From NCBI RefSeq assembly GCF_040395035.1, contig NZ_JBEBRB010000001.1, forward strand, positions 81,579 through 145,578: DNA of 64,000 nucleotides. The letters run 5' to 3'. Numbering within the stretch: position 1 is the first letter of the stretch; each line of letters begins with the position of its first letter. This DNA comes from Parapedobacter lycopersici (GTDB lineage: Bacteria; Bacteroidota; Bacteroidia; Sphingobacteriales; Sphingobacteriaceae). The position numbers and the translations under genes were made by a program. The notes under the pieces were generated by a model, which was not told the origin of the DNA, made no database searches, and saw nothing but the letters and a program-made list of their open reading frames with translations. Shown piece after piece: positions 20,884 through 30,959 of the stretch.

Positions 20884-21636
20884 ATGATGGATAATCACGT
20901 AAAAATCTATCTAAGCGTATTATTATTCTTATTTAGTTATTGTACCACTTCTTATGGCCAAACGGCAGATACCGCCCTGGAAGCTAAAATCTGGAAAGGT
21001 ATTGGGGGAAAAGAAAATTGGCAGAAAGCAAGGTATTTTATGTTTAGCTGTCTCGGCGGTAAGGGCCAGCATTTCGTGCAGGGCGAACGCCGGTATTTAT
21101 GGGACAAACAGACGGGTGATTGCAGGTTTGAAGGAATTACAGCAGATGAGGATACGCTTGTGGTATTATTCAACTTAAAGACGTCTTCGGGTGCCGCATA
21201 TGTGAATGAGGAGCAGCAGGAAGATCAACAGGCAACAACACTCGTTGAGGAGGCACTTTCGGCATTCGAAACGGATGCTAATTTATTATTTCTACCAACC
21301 TCGCTGGAAGGAAAAGATGTTTCTTATATTGTAGAGGAAGAAAAATTAATTGGCTCCAAACGATTCAAGGTAATTAAGCTTCAAAATCATAAAACCAGTT
21401 TCGAAACTTCTGTGAAAGGCTTATTATATATCAACGAACAGACGGGCCATATTCAACACTGGCTACCAACGCAGACCGATCAGCCGATTTATTACGCAAT
21501 AAGTGGCTTTAAAGATATTGGGGGAGGACTGGTTTTACCGACTCGTTTCAGTGGAAATGACAGTACAGCAACCATAACGTACCCGCTGGCTGCAGCGCTT
21601 GTCAACATAGAAGCACATAAATTTAACAGACCGTAA
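20884..21636 (+). CDS. Hypothetical exported protein
   Basis: 250-aa ORF with signal peptide, co-oriented with and 4 nt upstream of ytxJ; no family recognised with confidence. Confidence 0.7.
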   Translation: MMDNHVKIYLSVLLFLFSYCTTSYGQTADTALEAKIWKGIGGKENWQKARYFMFSCLGGKGQHFVQGERRYLWDKQTGDCRFEGITADEDTLVVLFNLKTSSGAAYVNEEQQEDQQATTLVEEALSAFETDANLLFLPTSLEGKDVSYIVEEEKLIGSKRFKVIKLQNHKTSFETSVKGLLYINEQTGHIQHWLPTQTDQPIYYAISGFKDIGGGLVLPTRFSGNDSTATITYPLAAALVNIEAHKFNRP

Positions 21637-21640
21637 ACGA

Positions 21641-21973
21641 ATGAACTGGATAACATTGCATTCAATAGATCAATTGGAGGCCATCAAGAACAATCCTGAG
21701 CAAACTTGCATTATTTTTAAGCACAGCACACGCTGTCCCGTAAGCAGTATGGCAAAACGTAACATCGAATATACCAGCATCCCTGTTCCGGATGACATTA
21801 CGCCGTATTTTCTAGACCTCATTGCATTTCGCGAAATCTCCAATGCGATTGCGGAATGGTGGGGTATTAAGCATGAATCGCCTCAGTTATTATTAATCAA
21901 AGGGGATCAATGTATATATCACGCATCGCATAGTGATATTGATATGGAAGTGCTTTTACAGCAATTGGCTTAA
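21641..21973 (+). CDS. ytxJ: Bacillithiol-system redox protein YtxJ (monothiol bacilliredoxin)
   Basis: IIFKHSTRCPVS, YFLDLIAFREISNAIA, KHESPQLLLIK. Confidence 0.9.
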   Translation: MNWITLHSIDQLEAIKNNPEQTCIIFKHSTRCPVSSMAKRNIEYTSIPVPDDITPYFLDLIAFREISNAIAEWWGIKHESPQLLLIKGDQCIYHASHSDIDMEVLLQQLA

Positions 21974-21974
21974 C

Positions 21975-22382
21975 TCATTCCTCTTTCTTCCACCAGTCGC
22001 TTTGCAATTCATCGATCTCTCGACGATCTTTCTTTGTCGGACGGCCCGTACCCCGGTCTCTTTTAAGCGTGGAAGCATGAATTAGTGATTTGTAACCCCA
22101 TGTTTCCTCTACGGGGGTGAGGTCCTCGTAAAAATTCACTGCTGTTTTCGCGTCCACCCGTTTGTCCAATAAACCGGTGACACGCAGCACTTTTTTCTCT
22201 GCCCCCTTCTGTACATGATAATTGTCACCGATTCTCACAACATGGGATGGCTTTACCGCTTGCTGTCCTCCCGATTTAACCCGCCCCGCCCTGCAAGCAT
22301 CCGTGGCCAAGCTACGGGTTTTAAATAAGCGAATAGCCCATAAGTATTTATCGATCCGTAGTTTCTCCAATTCACTTGCCAT
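21975..22382 (-). CDS. S4-domain RNA-binding protein (Hsp15-like)
   Basis: LRIDKYLWAIRLFKTRSLA, RDRGTGRPTKKDRR. Confidence 0.92.
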   Translation of the reverse strand: MASELEKLRIDKYLWAIRLFKTRSLATDACRAGRVKSGGQQAVKPSHVVRIGDNYHVQKGAEKKVLRVTGLLDKRVDAKTAVNFYEDLTPVEETWGYKSLIHASTLKRDRGTGRPTKKDRREIDELQSDWWKKEE

Positions 22383-22493
22383 ATCACAAAATTAGCGATT
22401 AATCCCTAAATCTCATGATTTATCAATGTCGGCACGAAGATATCATTGGAATTTACTTACTTTGTTCTTCAGATTACAACATATTACCTTGCT

Positions 22494-23312
22494 ATGATTT
22501 TTGAATTAAAGAAACGGATTGAAGCCGCTTGGAACGACCGGCAATTATTGGAATATAAAGAATACAACGAAGCTGTTGAAGCCATCATACAGCGGCTGGA
22601 TCGCGGTGAATTGCGTGTGGCAGAACCCGTTGGCAGTCGCTGGCATGTAAACGATTGGATAAAAAAGGCTGTCATCCTTTATTTTCCGATCCGGAAAATG
22701 GAAGAGGAACAGGTAGGACCTTTTGTCTTCCATGACAAGATGAAATTAAAGACAAATTACAAAGAACTCGGTGTCCGTGTTGTGCCCCATGGCATCGCCC
22801 GCTATGGCGCATACCTAGCCAAAGGTGTAATTATGATGCCCTCCTATGTCAATATAGGCGCGTATGTTGATGAAGGTACCATGGTGGACACCTGGGCTAC
22901 TGTCGGATCATGTGCCCAAATCGGCAAACACGTGCACCTGAGTGGCGGGGTAGGTATCGGCGGCGTACTGGAACCTGTACAGGCATCGCCCGTCATTATT
23001 GAAGACAACGTATTTGTTGGGTCGCGAGCCATTGTCGTAGAAGGCGTACATGTAGAATCCGAGGCTGTGTTAGGGGCAAACGTCGTACTTACCGCATCGA
23101 CTAAAATTATCGATGTAACCGGTCCGGAGCCCGTGGAATACAAGGGCGTAGTGCCTGCGCGGTCTGTGGTAATCCCCGGGTCTTATTCCAAGAAATTTCC
23201 GGCTGGCGAATATCAAGTACCCTGTGCATTGATCATTGGCAAACGGAAAGATTCCACGGATAAAAAAACATCGCTCAACGATGCGCTACGCGAACATCAT
23301 GTTGCGGTGTAA
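22494..23312 (+). CDS. dapD: 2,3,4,5-tetrahydropyridine-2,6-dicarboxylate N-succinyltransferase
   Basis: WIKKAVILYF, FHDKM, VNIGAYVDEGTMVDTWATVGSCAQIG, GGVLEP. Start moved to ATG 22494. Confidence 0.96.
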   Translation: MIFELKKRIEAAWNDRQLLEYKEYNEAVEAIIQRLDRGELRVAEPVGSRWHVNDWIKKAVILYFPIRKMEEEQVGPFVFHDKMKLKTNYKELGVRVVPHGIARYGAYLAKGVIMMPSYVNIGAYVDEGTMVDTWATVGSCAQIGKHVHLSGGVGIGGVLEPVQASPVIIEDNVFVGSRAIVVEGVHVESEAVLGANVVLTASTKIIDVTGPEPVEYKGVVPARSVVIPGSYSKKFPAGEYQVPCALIIGKRKDSTDKKTSLNDALREHHVAV

Positions 23313-23388
23313 TCCGGAAGCAATCGATTATCGGAAATAAGAATATACTGGCGTCGGCTTCACCTCCCTACGCTGTGGAAAAGATACC

Positions 23389-23967
23389 ATGATTAGCACC
23401 GTACAGCCGTTGGATATCCAACAAGCTCTGGATACGCTCCGCACAGGTGGGCTCCTGCTCTACCCTACTGATACCATTTGGGGGATCGGCTGTGATGCAA
23501 CGGACCCGGTCGCTGTTGAAAAAGTGTATCAGCTGAAGGGACGCCATTCCGACAAAAGTTTTATCACGTTACTGCATCACGTAAGCCAGTTGGAAAGCTA
23601 TGTTGCGGACGTTCCGGAAATCGCCTACCAACTTATTGAATATACGGAGCGCCCGCTCACCATCGTGTATTCTTCAGCAAAAAATCTCGCCCCAAATGTA
23701 CTGGCTACTGATGGTAGCATCGGGATCCGTATTGTTAAACATCCCTTTTGTGAGCGCCTGCTTCAGCGCTTCCGCAAACCGATCCTCTCCACTTCCGCCA
23801 ATATCAGCGGTCAATCCGCACCCGGAAATTACGCAGATATTTCAGAAGAAATACGCCTCGGGGTAGATTATATTGTGGAATATGGCCGGGAGAATTTAGC
23901 GGTCGGTAAACCATCCGTGGTTATCAAGCTCGAAGCTGGGGGTAGGTTTACTTTTATCCGGAAATAG
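23389..23967 (+). CDS. L-threonylcarbamoyladenylate synthase (Sua5/TsaC)
   Basis: YPTDTIWGIGCDA, KGR, STSANISG. Confidence 0.93.
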   Translation: MISTVQPLDIQQALDTLRTGGLLLYPTDTIWGIGCDATDPVAVEKVYQLKGRHSDKSFITLLHHVSQLESYVADVPEIAYQLIEYTERPLTIVYSSAKNLAPNVLATDGSIGIRIVKHPFCERLLQRFRKPILSTSANISGQSAPGNYADISEEIRLGVDYIVEYGRENLAVGKPSVVIKLEAGGRFTFIRK

Positions 23968-23968
23968 T

Positions 23969-24832
23969 ATGCGATATAACGCGACACACTTAACCATCAA
24001 TGCAGGCGGCCGCTTATTGGACCTGTCTTCTCCCAAAATCATGGGGATCCTCAATGTTACTCCGGATTCGTTTTTTGATGGCGGACGCTATAACACGGTA
24101 CAGAAAGCACTGGCACAGGCGGAAAAGTTAGTTGAGGAGGGGGCGGATCTGTTAGACGTTGGTGCCTTTTCCACGCGCCCAAATGCCGAACACATCTCAA
24201 CAGCGGAAGAAATTAGCCGGCTGATCCCGGTTGTAAAAGCACTTCACGCAGCATTCGGAGACACCGTACCCCTATCGGTCGACACCTTCCGGTCCGAAGT
24301 AGCACGCCGGGCGGTGGAAGCCGGGGCAAATATCATCAATGATATATCCGGTGGGACGTTTGATGAAGCGATGTTTGCCACCGTGGCCGAGCTTAATGTA
24401 CCCTATATCCTCATGCATGCCCGCGGAACACACAAAACCATGCATCAAAAGACTGATGATATTGACATTGTTCGGGAAGTAGCCTTGTATTTTGGCCGAC
24501 GGGTCGCCAGTCTGCAGGCTCTCGGCGTAAAGGATATTATCCTGGATCCCGGACCTGGTTTTGGGAAAACGATGTCCCAAAATTTTGAACTGCTGAACCG
24601 CATGGATGAATTCCATATTTTTGGATGTCCTTTGCTTGGTGCAGTCTCCCGCAAATCACTTATCTACAAGACACTTGGAATAACCGCAGAAGAGGCGTTG
24701 AACGGCACTACAGCACTCCATGCGTTATTGTTGAACAGCGGAGTTCAGCTTTTGCGCGTACACGACGTGAAGGCAGCTAAAGAAGTTATCACGCTGCTTC
24801 GTCCAACCTTCAAACAAAAAGTTAACGGATAA
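23969..24832 (+). CDS. folP: Dihydropteroate synthase
   Basis: [38 protein letters not shown]. Confidence 0.96.
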   Translation: MRYNATHLTINAGGRLLDLSSPKIMGILNVTPDSFFDGGRYNTVQKALAQAEKLVEEGADLLDVGAFSTRPNAEHISTAEEISRLIPVVKALHAAFGDTVPLSVDTFRSEVARRAVEAGANIINDISGGTFDEAMFATVAELNVPYILMHARGTHKTMHQKTDDIDIVREVALYFGRRVASLQALGVKDIILDPGPGFGKTMSQNFELLNRMDEFHIFGCPLLGAVSRKSLIYKTLGITAEEALNGTTALHALLLNSGVQLLRVHDVKAAKEVITLLRPTFKQKVNG

Positions 24833-26897
24833 TACTTCCGGGCACGGTACCCGTTTGCGGTGCCACAAAATCCAATCGCCCATCAGCATCCTCAGCCATC
24901 AAGATCATCCCCTGCGAGCGAATTCCTTTTATTTCCCGTGGTTCCAGGTTAGCCAATAAAGACACCTGCTTACCGACAATAGCCTCAGGATCAAAAAATT
25001 CCGCAATACCGGATACAACGATGCGTTGGTCAATGCCCGTATTCAACGTAAGCTTAAGGAGTTTTTTGGTCTTCGCCACTTTTTCCGCCCCTATAATGGT
25101 CGCCGTGCGGATATCCAATTTAATAAAGTCTTCAAACGCAATATTATCTTTAAGTGGCTGGACTGTCTTCGTCGCAGTTTCCGCCGTTTGCCGGGCTCGG
25201 GCAAGCTTTTCAAGCTGACGATCTACCTGGTCGTCAGTAATTTTTTCAAAAAGGAGCAGTGCCTGTCCCAGTTGATGGCCGGCTGACAGAAGCGCATCCC
25301 CACCAGCGGCTTTCCAGTCTCGGGCTTCCAGATTAAGCATGGCGAACAGTTTATCTGCTGTATGGGGCAGGAAAGGCTGCGCCAGTACGGCGAGGTTTGC
25401 GGCAATTTGCAAACTCACATTTAACACCGTCTTCACCCTCGATTCATCAGTTTTTATTAGTTTCCATGGCTCTGCATCGGCCAGGTATTTATTTCCTAGC
25501 CGGGCTACATTCATTACCTGGGCCAGCGCTTCGCGAAAGCGATATTGCGAAAGGGAGACAGCAATATGCTGCGGGTATCGCTCCAATTCTGAGAAGATGA
25601 ACCGATCAGTCTCGGTCAGTCCTTCTGCCGGCATTACCCTCCCATCAAAGTACTTATGTGAAAGCACCAGTACTCGATTGACAAAATTACCCAAAATAGC
25701 AACCAGCTCGTTATTCACGCGGGCTTGGAAGTCTTTCCATGTAAACTCACTATCCGACGTTTCCGGCAATATGGATGTCAGTACGTATCGCAGTTCGTCC
25801 TGCTTATCCGGGAACTCCTCCAAGTATTCATGTAGCCACACTGCATGGTTGCGAGATGTAGACAATTTCTCTCCCTCCAGGTTAAGGAATTCGTTAGCCG
25901 GAATATTTTCAGGCAATACGTATTCACCATGTGCATGAAGGATACTGGGAAAGGTAATACAGTGGAACACGATATTATCCTTACCGATGAAATGGATCAG
26001 GCAGGTATTGTCAGCCGGATCAGGTTGTTGCTTCCAGTATTTCTCCCAGTCGTTTCCGGTATCCAGTGCCCATTGTTTCGTAGCCGAAATATAGCCAATT
26101 GGCGCATCGAGCCATACATATAGTTTTTTGCCTGCCGCCTCTTCCAGTGGCACATCCACGCCCCAGTCAAGATCCCGCGTCATAGAACGTGGCTGCAATC
26201 CGGATTTAAGCCAGGAACGGCACTGTCCGTATACATTAGGTTTCAGTACATCTTTCTTGCCTTCAAGCAGCCATTTTTCCAGCCAGGGCTGGTATTTATC
26301 CAACGGAAGGTACCAATGTTTGGTTTCACGGAGCACCGGCGGTTTACCGCTGAGTGTTGAAATAGGATTGATCAGATCTGTCGGGTTGAGTGACGTGCCG
26401 CATTTTTCGCATTGATCACCATACGCGCCCTCGCTTTTGCAATTGGGGCATGTACCGGTAATGTAGCGGTCGGCTAAAAACTGATGATATTCCTTATCGT
26501 AATATTGTTCGGTTACCTGTTCGATAAACTCCCCTTTTTCATACAAATTGAGAAAAAACTCCTGAGACAACTCGTGATGCAACGGTTCGGATGTACGATG
26601 ATAAATATCAAATGAAATTCCGAACTGTGCAAAGCTATCCTTAATTTGTGCATGGTATTTATCGATGATGGCCTGAGGTGTTGTGCCTTCCTTCTTGGCC
26701 TTGATGGTGATAGCGGCACCATGTTCATCCGAACCGCACACGTATACCACATCTTTACCCTGCAGCCGCAGGAAGCGAACATAGATATCCGCTGGGATAT
26801 ATGCCCCAGCCAAATGCCCAATATGTAACGGACCATTCGCATAAGGTAATGCGGATGTGATGGTATAGCGTTTAAATGGTAAAGCGATATTACTCAA
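24822..26897 (-). CDS. metG: Methionine--tRNA ligase with C-terminal tRNA-binding domain
   Basis: [12 protein letters not shown] (HIGH), Zn-knuckle CPNC/CEKC, KLSTS (KMSKS-like), C-terminal OB domain. Confidence 0.97.
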   Translation of the reverse strand: MSNIALPFKRYTITSALPYANGPLHIGHLAGAYIPADIYVRFLRLQGKDVVYVCGSDEHGAAITIKAKKEGTTPQAIIDKYHAQIKDSFAQFGISFDIYHRTSEPLHHELSQEFFLNLYEKGEFIEQVTEQYYDKEYHQFLADRYITGTCPNCKSEGAYGDQCEKCGTSLNPTDLINPISTLSGKPPVLRETKHWYLPLDKYQPWLEKWLLEGKKDVLKPNVYGQCRSWLKSGLQPRSMTRDLDWGVDVPLEEAAGKKLYVWLDAPIGYISATKQWALDTGNDWEKYWKQQPDPADNTCLIHFIGKDNIVFHCITFPSILHAHGEYVLPENIPANEFLNLEGEKLSTSRNHAVWLHEYLEEFPDKQDELRYVLTSILPETSDSEFTWKDFQARVNNELVAILGNFVNRVLVLSHKYFDGRVMPAEGLTETDRFIFSELERYPQHIAVSLSQYRFREALAQVMNVARLGNKYLADAEPWKLIKTDESRVKTVLNVSLQIAANLAVLAQPFLPHTADKLFAMLNLEARDWKAAGGDALLSAGHQLGQALLLFEKITDDQVDRQLEKLARARQTAETATKTVQPLKDNIAFEDFIKLDIRTATIIGAEKVAKTKKLLKLTLNTGIDQRIVVSGIAEFFDPEAIVGKQVSLLANLEPREIKGIRSQGMILMAEDADGRLDFVAPQTGTVPGSIIR

Positions 26898-27030
26898 TGT
26901 CGTTCAGCTAATTAGTGGGTAATGAAATCAATTTTACAGAAAGATGAATGCTGTAATTTGCATCTTTGCGCAAAGATAAGTCAATTTGCGTGGAATAAAA
27001 TAACGCGGGCAGATAAAATCAACAATCAGT

Positions 27031-27438
27031 ATGACAGCATTATCGTCATGGGGCAGATTCAGGAATAGCGGACTATTGCTCATCCGTTTGGGACTGGGTA
27101 TCATGTTTATCGTACACGGTTACCCAAAACTTATGGGTGGTCCGGCATACTGGGAAGGTGTGGGTCAGGCGATGCAGCATATCGGTATTCATTTCCTTCC
27201 CGTCGTTTGGGGGTTACTTGCGGCTATCGTTGAAACCGGAGGCGGAATATGCCTCATCATTGGTCTTTTCTTCCGTCCCGCGGCAATTTTACTGGCCTTT
27301 ACTATGTTGATGGCCACTTTGCATCATTTGAAGTCGGGTGATGGGTTAATGACCGCATCCCATGCCATCGAAATGGGCATCGTATTTTTGGGACTGGCTT
27401 TTGTAGGGCCCGGCAAATACAGTGTAGATAAACGTTAG
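27031..27438 (+). CDS. DoxX-family membrane protein
   Basis: LLIRLGLGIMFIVHGYPKL, ETGGG, GPGKYSVD. Confidence 0.88.
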   Translation: MTALSSWGRFRNSGLLLIRLGLGIMFIVHGYPKLMGGPAYWEGVGQAMQHIGIHFLPVVWGLLAAIVETGGGICLIIGLFFRPAAILLAFTMLMATLHHLKSGDGLMTASHAIEMGIVFLGLAFVGPGKYSVDKR

Positions 27439-27448
27439 CACAACTGCA

Positions 27449-28117
27449 ATGGACGAACCAATAGACTACAAAGCAGTAGCAGCCCAATTGGCCAAACCAA
27501 CTGGAGATACCGGGATCGGGGTAGCCGAGCGTATGAACATCAGCAACGGCGATATGACCCGGCATGCAATTGACCTACTGAATTGCGCGAATGGCGATCG
27601 TGTACTGGAAATTGGACCCGGGAACGGACGGTTTGCCGGATATGTATTATCCAAAGGCAGCGACATCCATTATACAGGAGTGGATATCTCCGAAACTATG
27701 GTGGAGACGGCCCGGAAAATCAACAAACAGCACGTCGATGCGGGACAGGCGATCTTCGAGTGGACCGATGGCTCGCATTTTCCTTTTGCTGATCACACGT
27801 TCGACAGGATATTTACGGTTAATACATTGTATTTTTGGCAAAATCCAACAACACAACTTGCTGCAATCAGAAGGATGCTGAAGCCAAATGGTGTTTTTTG
27901 TCTCGCAATAGCCAGCCGGGAATTCATGGAACAACTCCCTTTTACGGCTTATGGCTTTATCCTTTACACGCCGGAAGAAGCGGCGGCGTTATTGCGCAAC
28001 AGCGGTTTCTTGCTAACGGATACCGTTAGCCGGAACCACCCGACGGTCAGTGCCGCCAAGCGAGAAGTAATCCGCGAAGAAATATTTATCACTGCACATC
28101 GCCGTCATAATAGCTAA
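27449..28117 (+). CDS. Class I SAM-dependent methyltransferase
   Basis: VLEIGPGNG, GVDISETM, FDRIFTVNTLYFW. Confidence 0.88.
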   Translation: MDEPIDYKAVAAQLAKPTGDTGIGVAERMNISNGDMTRHAIDLLNCANGDRVLEIGPGNGRFAGYVLSKGSDIHYTGVDISETMVETARKINKQHVDAGQAIFEWTDGSHFPFADHTFDRIFTVNTLYFWQNPTTQLAAIRRMLKPNGVFCLAIASREFMEQLPFTAYGFILYTPEEAAALLRNSGFLLTDTVSRNHPTVSAAKREVIREEIFITAHRRHNS

Positions 28118-28142
28118 CAGATAGAAAAAAATTATCGAAACC

Positions 28143-28173
28143 TTTGGAGGGAATGGAATTACTTCTATCTTTG
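28143..28173 (+). promoter_or_regulatory. Bacteroidota promoter of tRNA-Glu (TTTG-N19-TAtcTTTG)
   Basis: TTTG 28143-28146 and TATCTTTG 28166-28173 with 19-nt spacer. Confidence 0.7.
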
Positions 28174-28190
28174 CAGACCGAAAAAAATAC

Positions 28191-28262
28191 GGCCCGTTCG
28201 TCTAGGGGTTAGGACGCAAGATTTTCATTCTTGAAACAGGGGTTCGATTCCCCTACGGGCTA
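28191..28262 (+). tRNA. tRNA-Glu (TTC), CCA not encoded
   Basis: Acceptor GGCCCGT/ACGGGCT, anticodon stem CAAGA/TCTTG with loop TTTTCAT (TTC at 28224-28226), T arm AGGGG-TTCGATT-CCCCT. Confidence 0.96.
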
Positions 28263-28280
28263 CATCTAAAACACACAAAA

Positions 28281-28304
28281 GCCTGCAAGTTTGCGGGCTT
28301 TTTT
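28281..28304 (+). terminator. Intrinsic terminator after tRNA-Glu
   Basis: gcctgc-aagttt-gcgggc stem-loop followed by T6. Confidence 0.75.
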
Positions 28305-28461
28305 ACTTTTAAGCATATAGACTTACAATGATTCCCGAGAAAAGTAAGTCATCAATTATTCTTTTCCTTACTTTTTCGTAAACACAATAAGACAGCAGAA
28401 GTACAAGCTAAGCTTATTAACTAATGTTATTTTACTTCGTAACTTTTAAAATGAGTTGGCT

Positions 28462-28908
28462 CTATTTTCGTTTCAACTGGGCTATAATTCTCAGCAATGA
28501 CGCCCGGTTCTTAGCTTCATGATAGAAGCGGGGGAGTTTTTCCAGCAAAGTGAAATGCGAGCGGTCTTTGTGCTCCCTCAACCCGGCAGCAATGTACCGT
28601 TCTAGGTATTCCAAATGAGCCAAATTATAAGCCCAAAACACCTCGTTTTTAAAGGGATATTGCAGCCATAGCGTTCCATCAAAGTACGCGTGGGCCGGTA
28701 GAATCCATTTTCCGGTTGTGCCTAAAAACGATATTTCACCTGAACTTTCACGATTATAACTGCAGCTTAAGCATACCAACCTCGCTCGGTGTGATTCGTA
28801 GTCGACTTTTGCAATTGCCTTTAGGGCACACTTTGGACAGCAGACCCAAACTTCTTCCCGGAAATCCGAAAGACGCTTTTTTTGGTCCTGAAAACGATTG
28901 GTATCCAT
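28462..28908 (-). CDS. Hypothetical protein with two CxxC motifs (Zn-ribbon-like)
   Basis: CPKC and CLSC, C-terminal WAYNLAHLEYLERYIAA. Confidence 0.7.
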   Translation of the reverse strand: MDTNRFQDQKKRLSDFREEVWVCCPKCALKAIAKVDYESHRARLVCLSCSYNRESSGEISFLGTTGKWILPAHAYFDGTLWLQYPFKNEVFWAYNLAHLEYLERYIAAGLREHKDRSHFTLLEKLPRFYHEAKNRASLLRIIAQLKRK

Positions 28909-29176
28909 GCTAAATAAAAGAATGTAAACTTGTAAGTAGCTAAAATAAGGAGATTCCGAAAGGAAAAAAATACTCGCTTTCGGGTATTTTACCGCTTGTA
29001 TTCCCGTTCTGCTTTATCAGCCTGCAACTCCTTCCGATGACTTGTCAGGTTGTATCATTCCGGCTTGATCAGAATTAATGCGCGTTCGAATTGCAGCCCA
29101 GAAGCAGCATTCGTTAAAAAGGCCGATATCTCCATGCTGCAACTCGTCGATTATAAAAAAAATACAAAAAAAATGC

Positions 29177-29218
29177 GCAGCTATTTGACTGCATATATAT
29201 TTGCATTCAAATAGCTGT
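29177..29218. promoter_or_regulatory. ArsR-type autoregulatory operator (two boxes) overlapping -7 element
   Basis: Perfect 11-bp inverted repeat cagctatttga 29178-29188 / tcaaatagctg 29207-29217; TAtaTTTG at 29196-29203; abuts the ArsR start. Confidence 0.65.
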
Positions 29219-29422
29219 ATGATGGAATTAAGAAGAGATGTATTTCAGGCGATAGCTGACCCTATCCGAAGGGCAATAATTACTTTGATAGCACTTCAGG
29301 CCATGACACCCAGTGCTATAGCTGAAAATTTTGGATCATCGCGGCAAACAATAATACACCGTTTGCCGCTCAGCTTGAATTCCTGGATTCTGAAAACTCA
29401 CGGACGACGCCAACTGAACTAA
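29219..29422 (+). pseudogene. Truncated ArsR/SmtB regulator fused by deletion to an out-of-frame SRPBCC remnant
   Basis: [20 protein letters not shown]...SSRQT then homology stops; 29353-29409 reads [12 protein letters not shown] then, after a frameshift, (K)LTDD, matching AQLEFLEFEKLTDD in the intact SRPBCC at 61969-62433. Confidence 0.8.
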
Positions 29423-29449
29423 ACACTAATCACGTAAAACAAAGAAATT

Positions 29450-29827
29450 ATGACAAAGCGAAACAAAATCATCTACTGGATCGCCACTTGCTGGTTGGCC
29501 CTGGGAATGCTTTCAACCGGAGTCGTGCAATTGATCAAAATGAAAGAGGAGATGGATGCAATGACTCTTCTGGGTTATCCGGCTTACTTACTTAGCATAT
29601 TGGGTACATGGAAGCTACTTGGTGTTATTGCCATACTTATCCCTAAATTTGCTTTACTTAAAGAATGGGCTTATGCCGGTTTCTTTTTTGCAATGACCGG
29701 AGCAATCGTCTCACACTTGATTATTGGAAATGGCGCAAAAGAACTTTTCGGACCTACGTTGTTACTTGTTCTCACCGTCGTTTCCTGGCTTTTTAGACCC
29801 GAAGGCAGAAAATTGCAGTTTAATTAA
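29450..29827 (+). CDS. DoxX-like family membrane protein (paralog of 61561-61962)
   Basis: KIIYWIAT, LGYPAY, LKEWAYAGFFF shared with the 61.5-kb copy. Confidence 0.88.
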   Translation: MTKRNKIIYWIATCWLALGMLSTGVVQLIKMKEEMDAMTLLGYPAYLLSILGTWKLLGVIAILIPKFALLKEWAYAGFFFAMTGAIVSHLIIGNGAKELFGPTLLLVLTVVSWLFRPEGRKLQFN

Positions 29828-29840
29828 GCATATATAGACA

Positions 29841-30404
29841 ATGAAAAGTACAAAAGAATTGGCACCGACTGTCCGGGAAGACCTGTTGCACATATTGAAA
29901 CTCCGTTTCGAGAAAAACATGAACCGGCACAAAGGCATGAATTGGGAACAGGTACAGACTAAACTGGAGACCAATACCGAAAAATTATGGTCACTCCATA
30001 ACATGGAGAACACTGGTGGTGAGCCCGATGTGATTGAACACGACCGGAATACCGGTGAATATATTTTTTACGATTGTTCAGCAGAAAGTCCAAAAGGTCG
30101 AAGAAGCCTCTGTTATGACCGCGAAGCACTTGACGCCAGAAAAGCACATAAGCCCGAAAACAGTGCGAAAGATATGGCCGCCGAACTGGGCATCACCCTA
30201 TTGACCGAAAAACAATATCAACTCCTGCAGCAATTCGGAAAATTCGACACAAAAACGTCAAGCTGGATAGAAACACCGTCAAATGTCAGGGAACTTGGCG
30301 GCGCCATTTTTGGCGACTGGCGTTTCGGCCGCGTTTTCATTTATCACAATGGTGCGGACTCTTATTACGCCGCCAGGGGATTCCGCGGACTGTTACGGGT
30401 ATAA
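29841..30404 (+). CDS. DUF4256-like protein
   Basis: RFEKNMNRHKG, METGGEPDV-like segment, ESPKGRRSLCYD, DTKTSSW, HNGADSYYAARGFRG. Confidence 0.82.
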   Translation: MKSTKELAPTVREDLLHILKLRFEKNMNRHKGMNWEQVQTKLETNTEKLWSLHNMENTGGEPDVIEHDRNTGEYIFYDCSAESPKGRRSLCYDREALDARKAHKPENSAKDMAAELGITLLTEKQYQLLQQFGKFDTKTSSWIETPSNVRELGGAIFGDWRFGRVFIYHNGADSYYAARGFRGLLRV

Positions 30405-30465
30405 TACGGTCCTATAGTAAGTATAGCACCCACCTGACCACCCTATCCCTAAAAGAGCTGACGAT

Positions 30466-30503
30466 ATAGGATTAGGAAACGGCAAACCGTTCCCTAATCC
30501 TAT
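30466..30503. terminator. Strong hairpin between convergent genes (possible bidirectional terminator)
   Basis: 16 of 17 bp stem ataggattaggaaacgg / ccgttccctaatcctat with caaa loop; no clear U tract. Confidence 0.55.
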
Positions 30504-30545
30504 TCCGGTATCGGGGGGTATCGTTACGTTAATGCACTGGTCTCG

Positions 30546-30872
30546 TTAAGCCTCTTCTATTCCGGCTTCCGGTGCATTTTTTTTGACAGAGGAGATACCA
30601 TTATCTCTTCCCGAAGCACTTTCGTACATTTCACTGTTTCCGATGACCTGATGGTTACCGGCCTTTAAGACAAAATAGTGTTTACCGTTGGTCGCCGTTT
30701 TCTTCTCATAACGTTCATCCTTGGATGCATTCTCCTTAACCGACTTAATACCATTCTTTAGCGAGGCTTTGGAATTATACATTTCGCTGCTTAAAATGGT
30801 TTCACCATTTCCTGCTTTCAGGGCAAAATGAAACTGCCCATTCTTTGCCGTTTTTACAACAAATTTTCCCAT
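30546..30872 (-). CDS. YegP-family protein (tandem DUF1508)
   Basis: Two repeats F(H/Y)F.LKAGN...I..SEMY.S...(K/D)NGI.SVK.NA. Confidence 0.9.
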   Translation of the reverse strand: MGKFVVKTAKNGQFHFALKAGNGETILSSEMYNSKASLKNGIKSVKENASKDERYEKKTATNGKHYFVLKAGNHQVIGNSEMYESASGRDNGISSVKKNAPEAGIEEA

Positions 30873-30959
30873 AACGATTTAGTTTTATGTCAAAAATAAA
30901 AAATTATTTGAGCGGGACAAGGAACTATGAGCTTTTTATTGCGCCATATAAGTGAGGCA

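Noticed and set aside
28240-28262. attL/attR direct repeat of the tRNA-Glu 3' end
   Set aside because: No second copy noticed by eye and no integrase in the window; an exact search was not possible.
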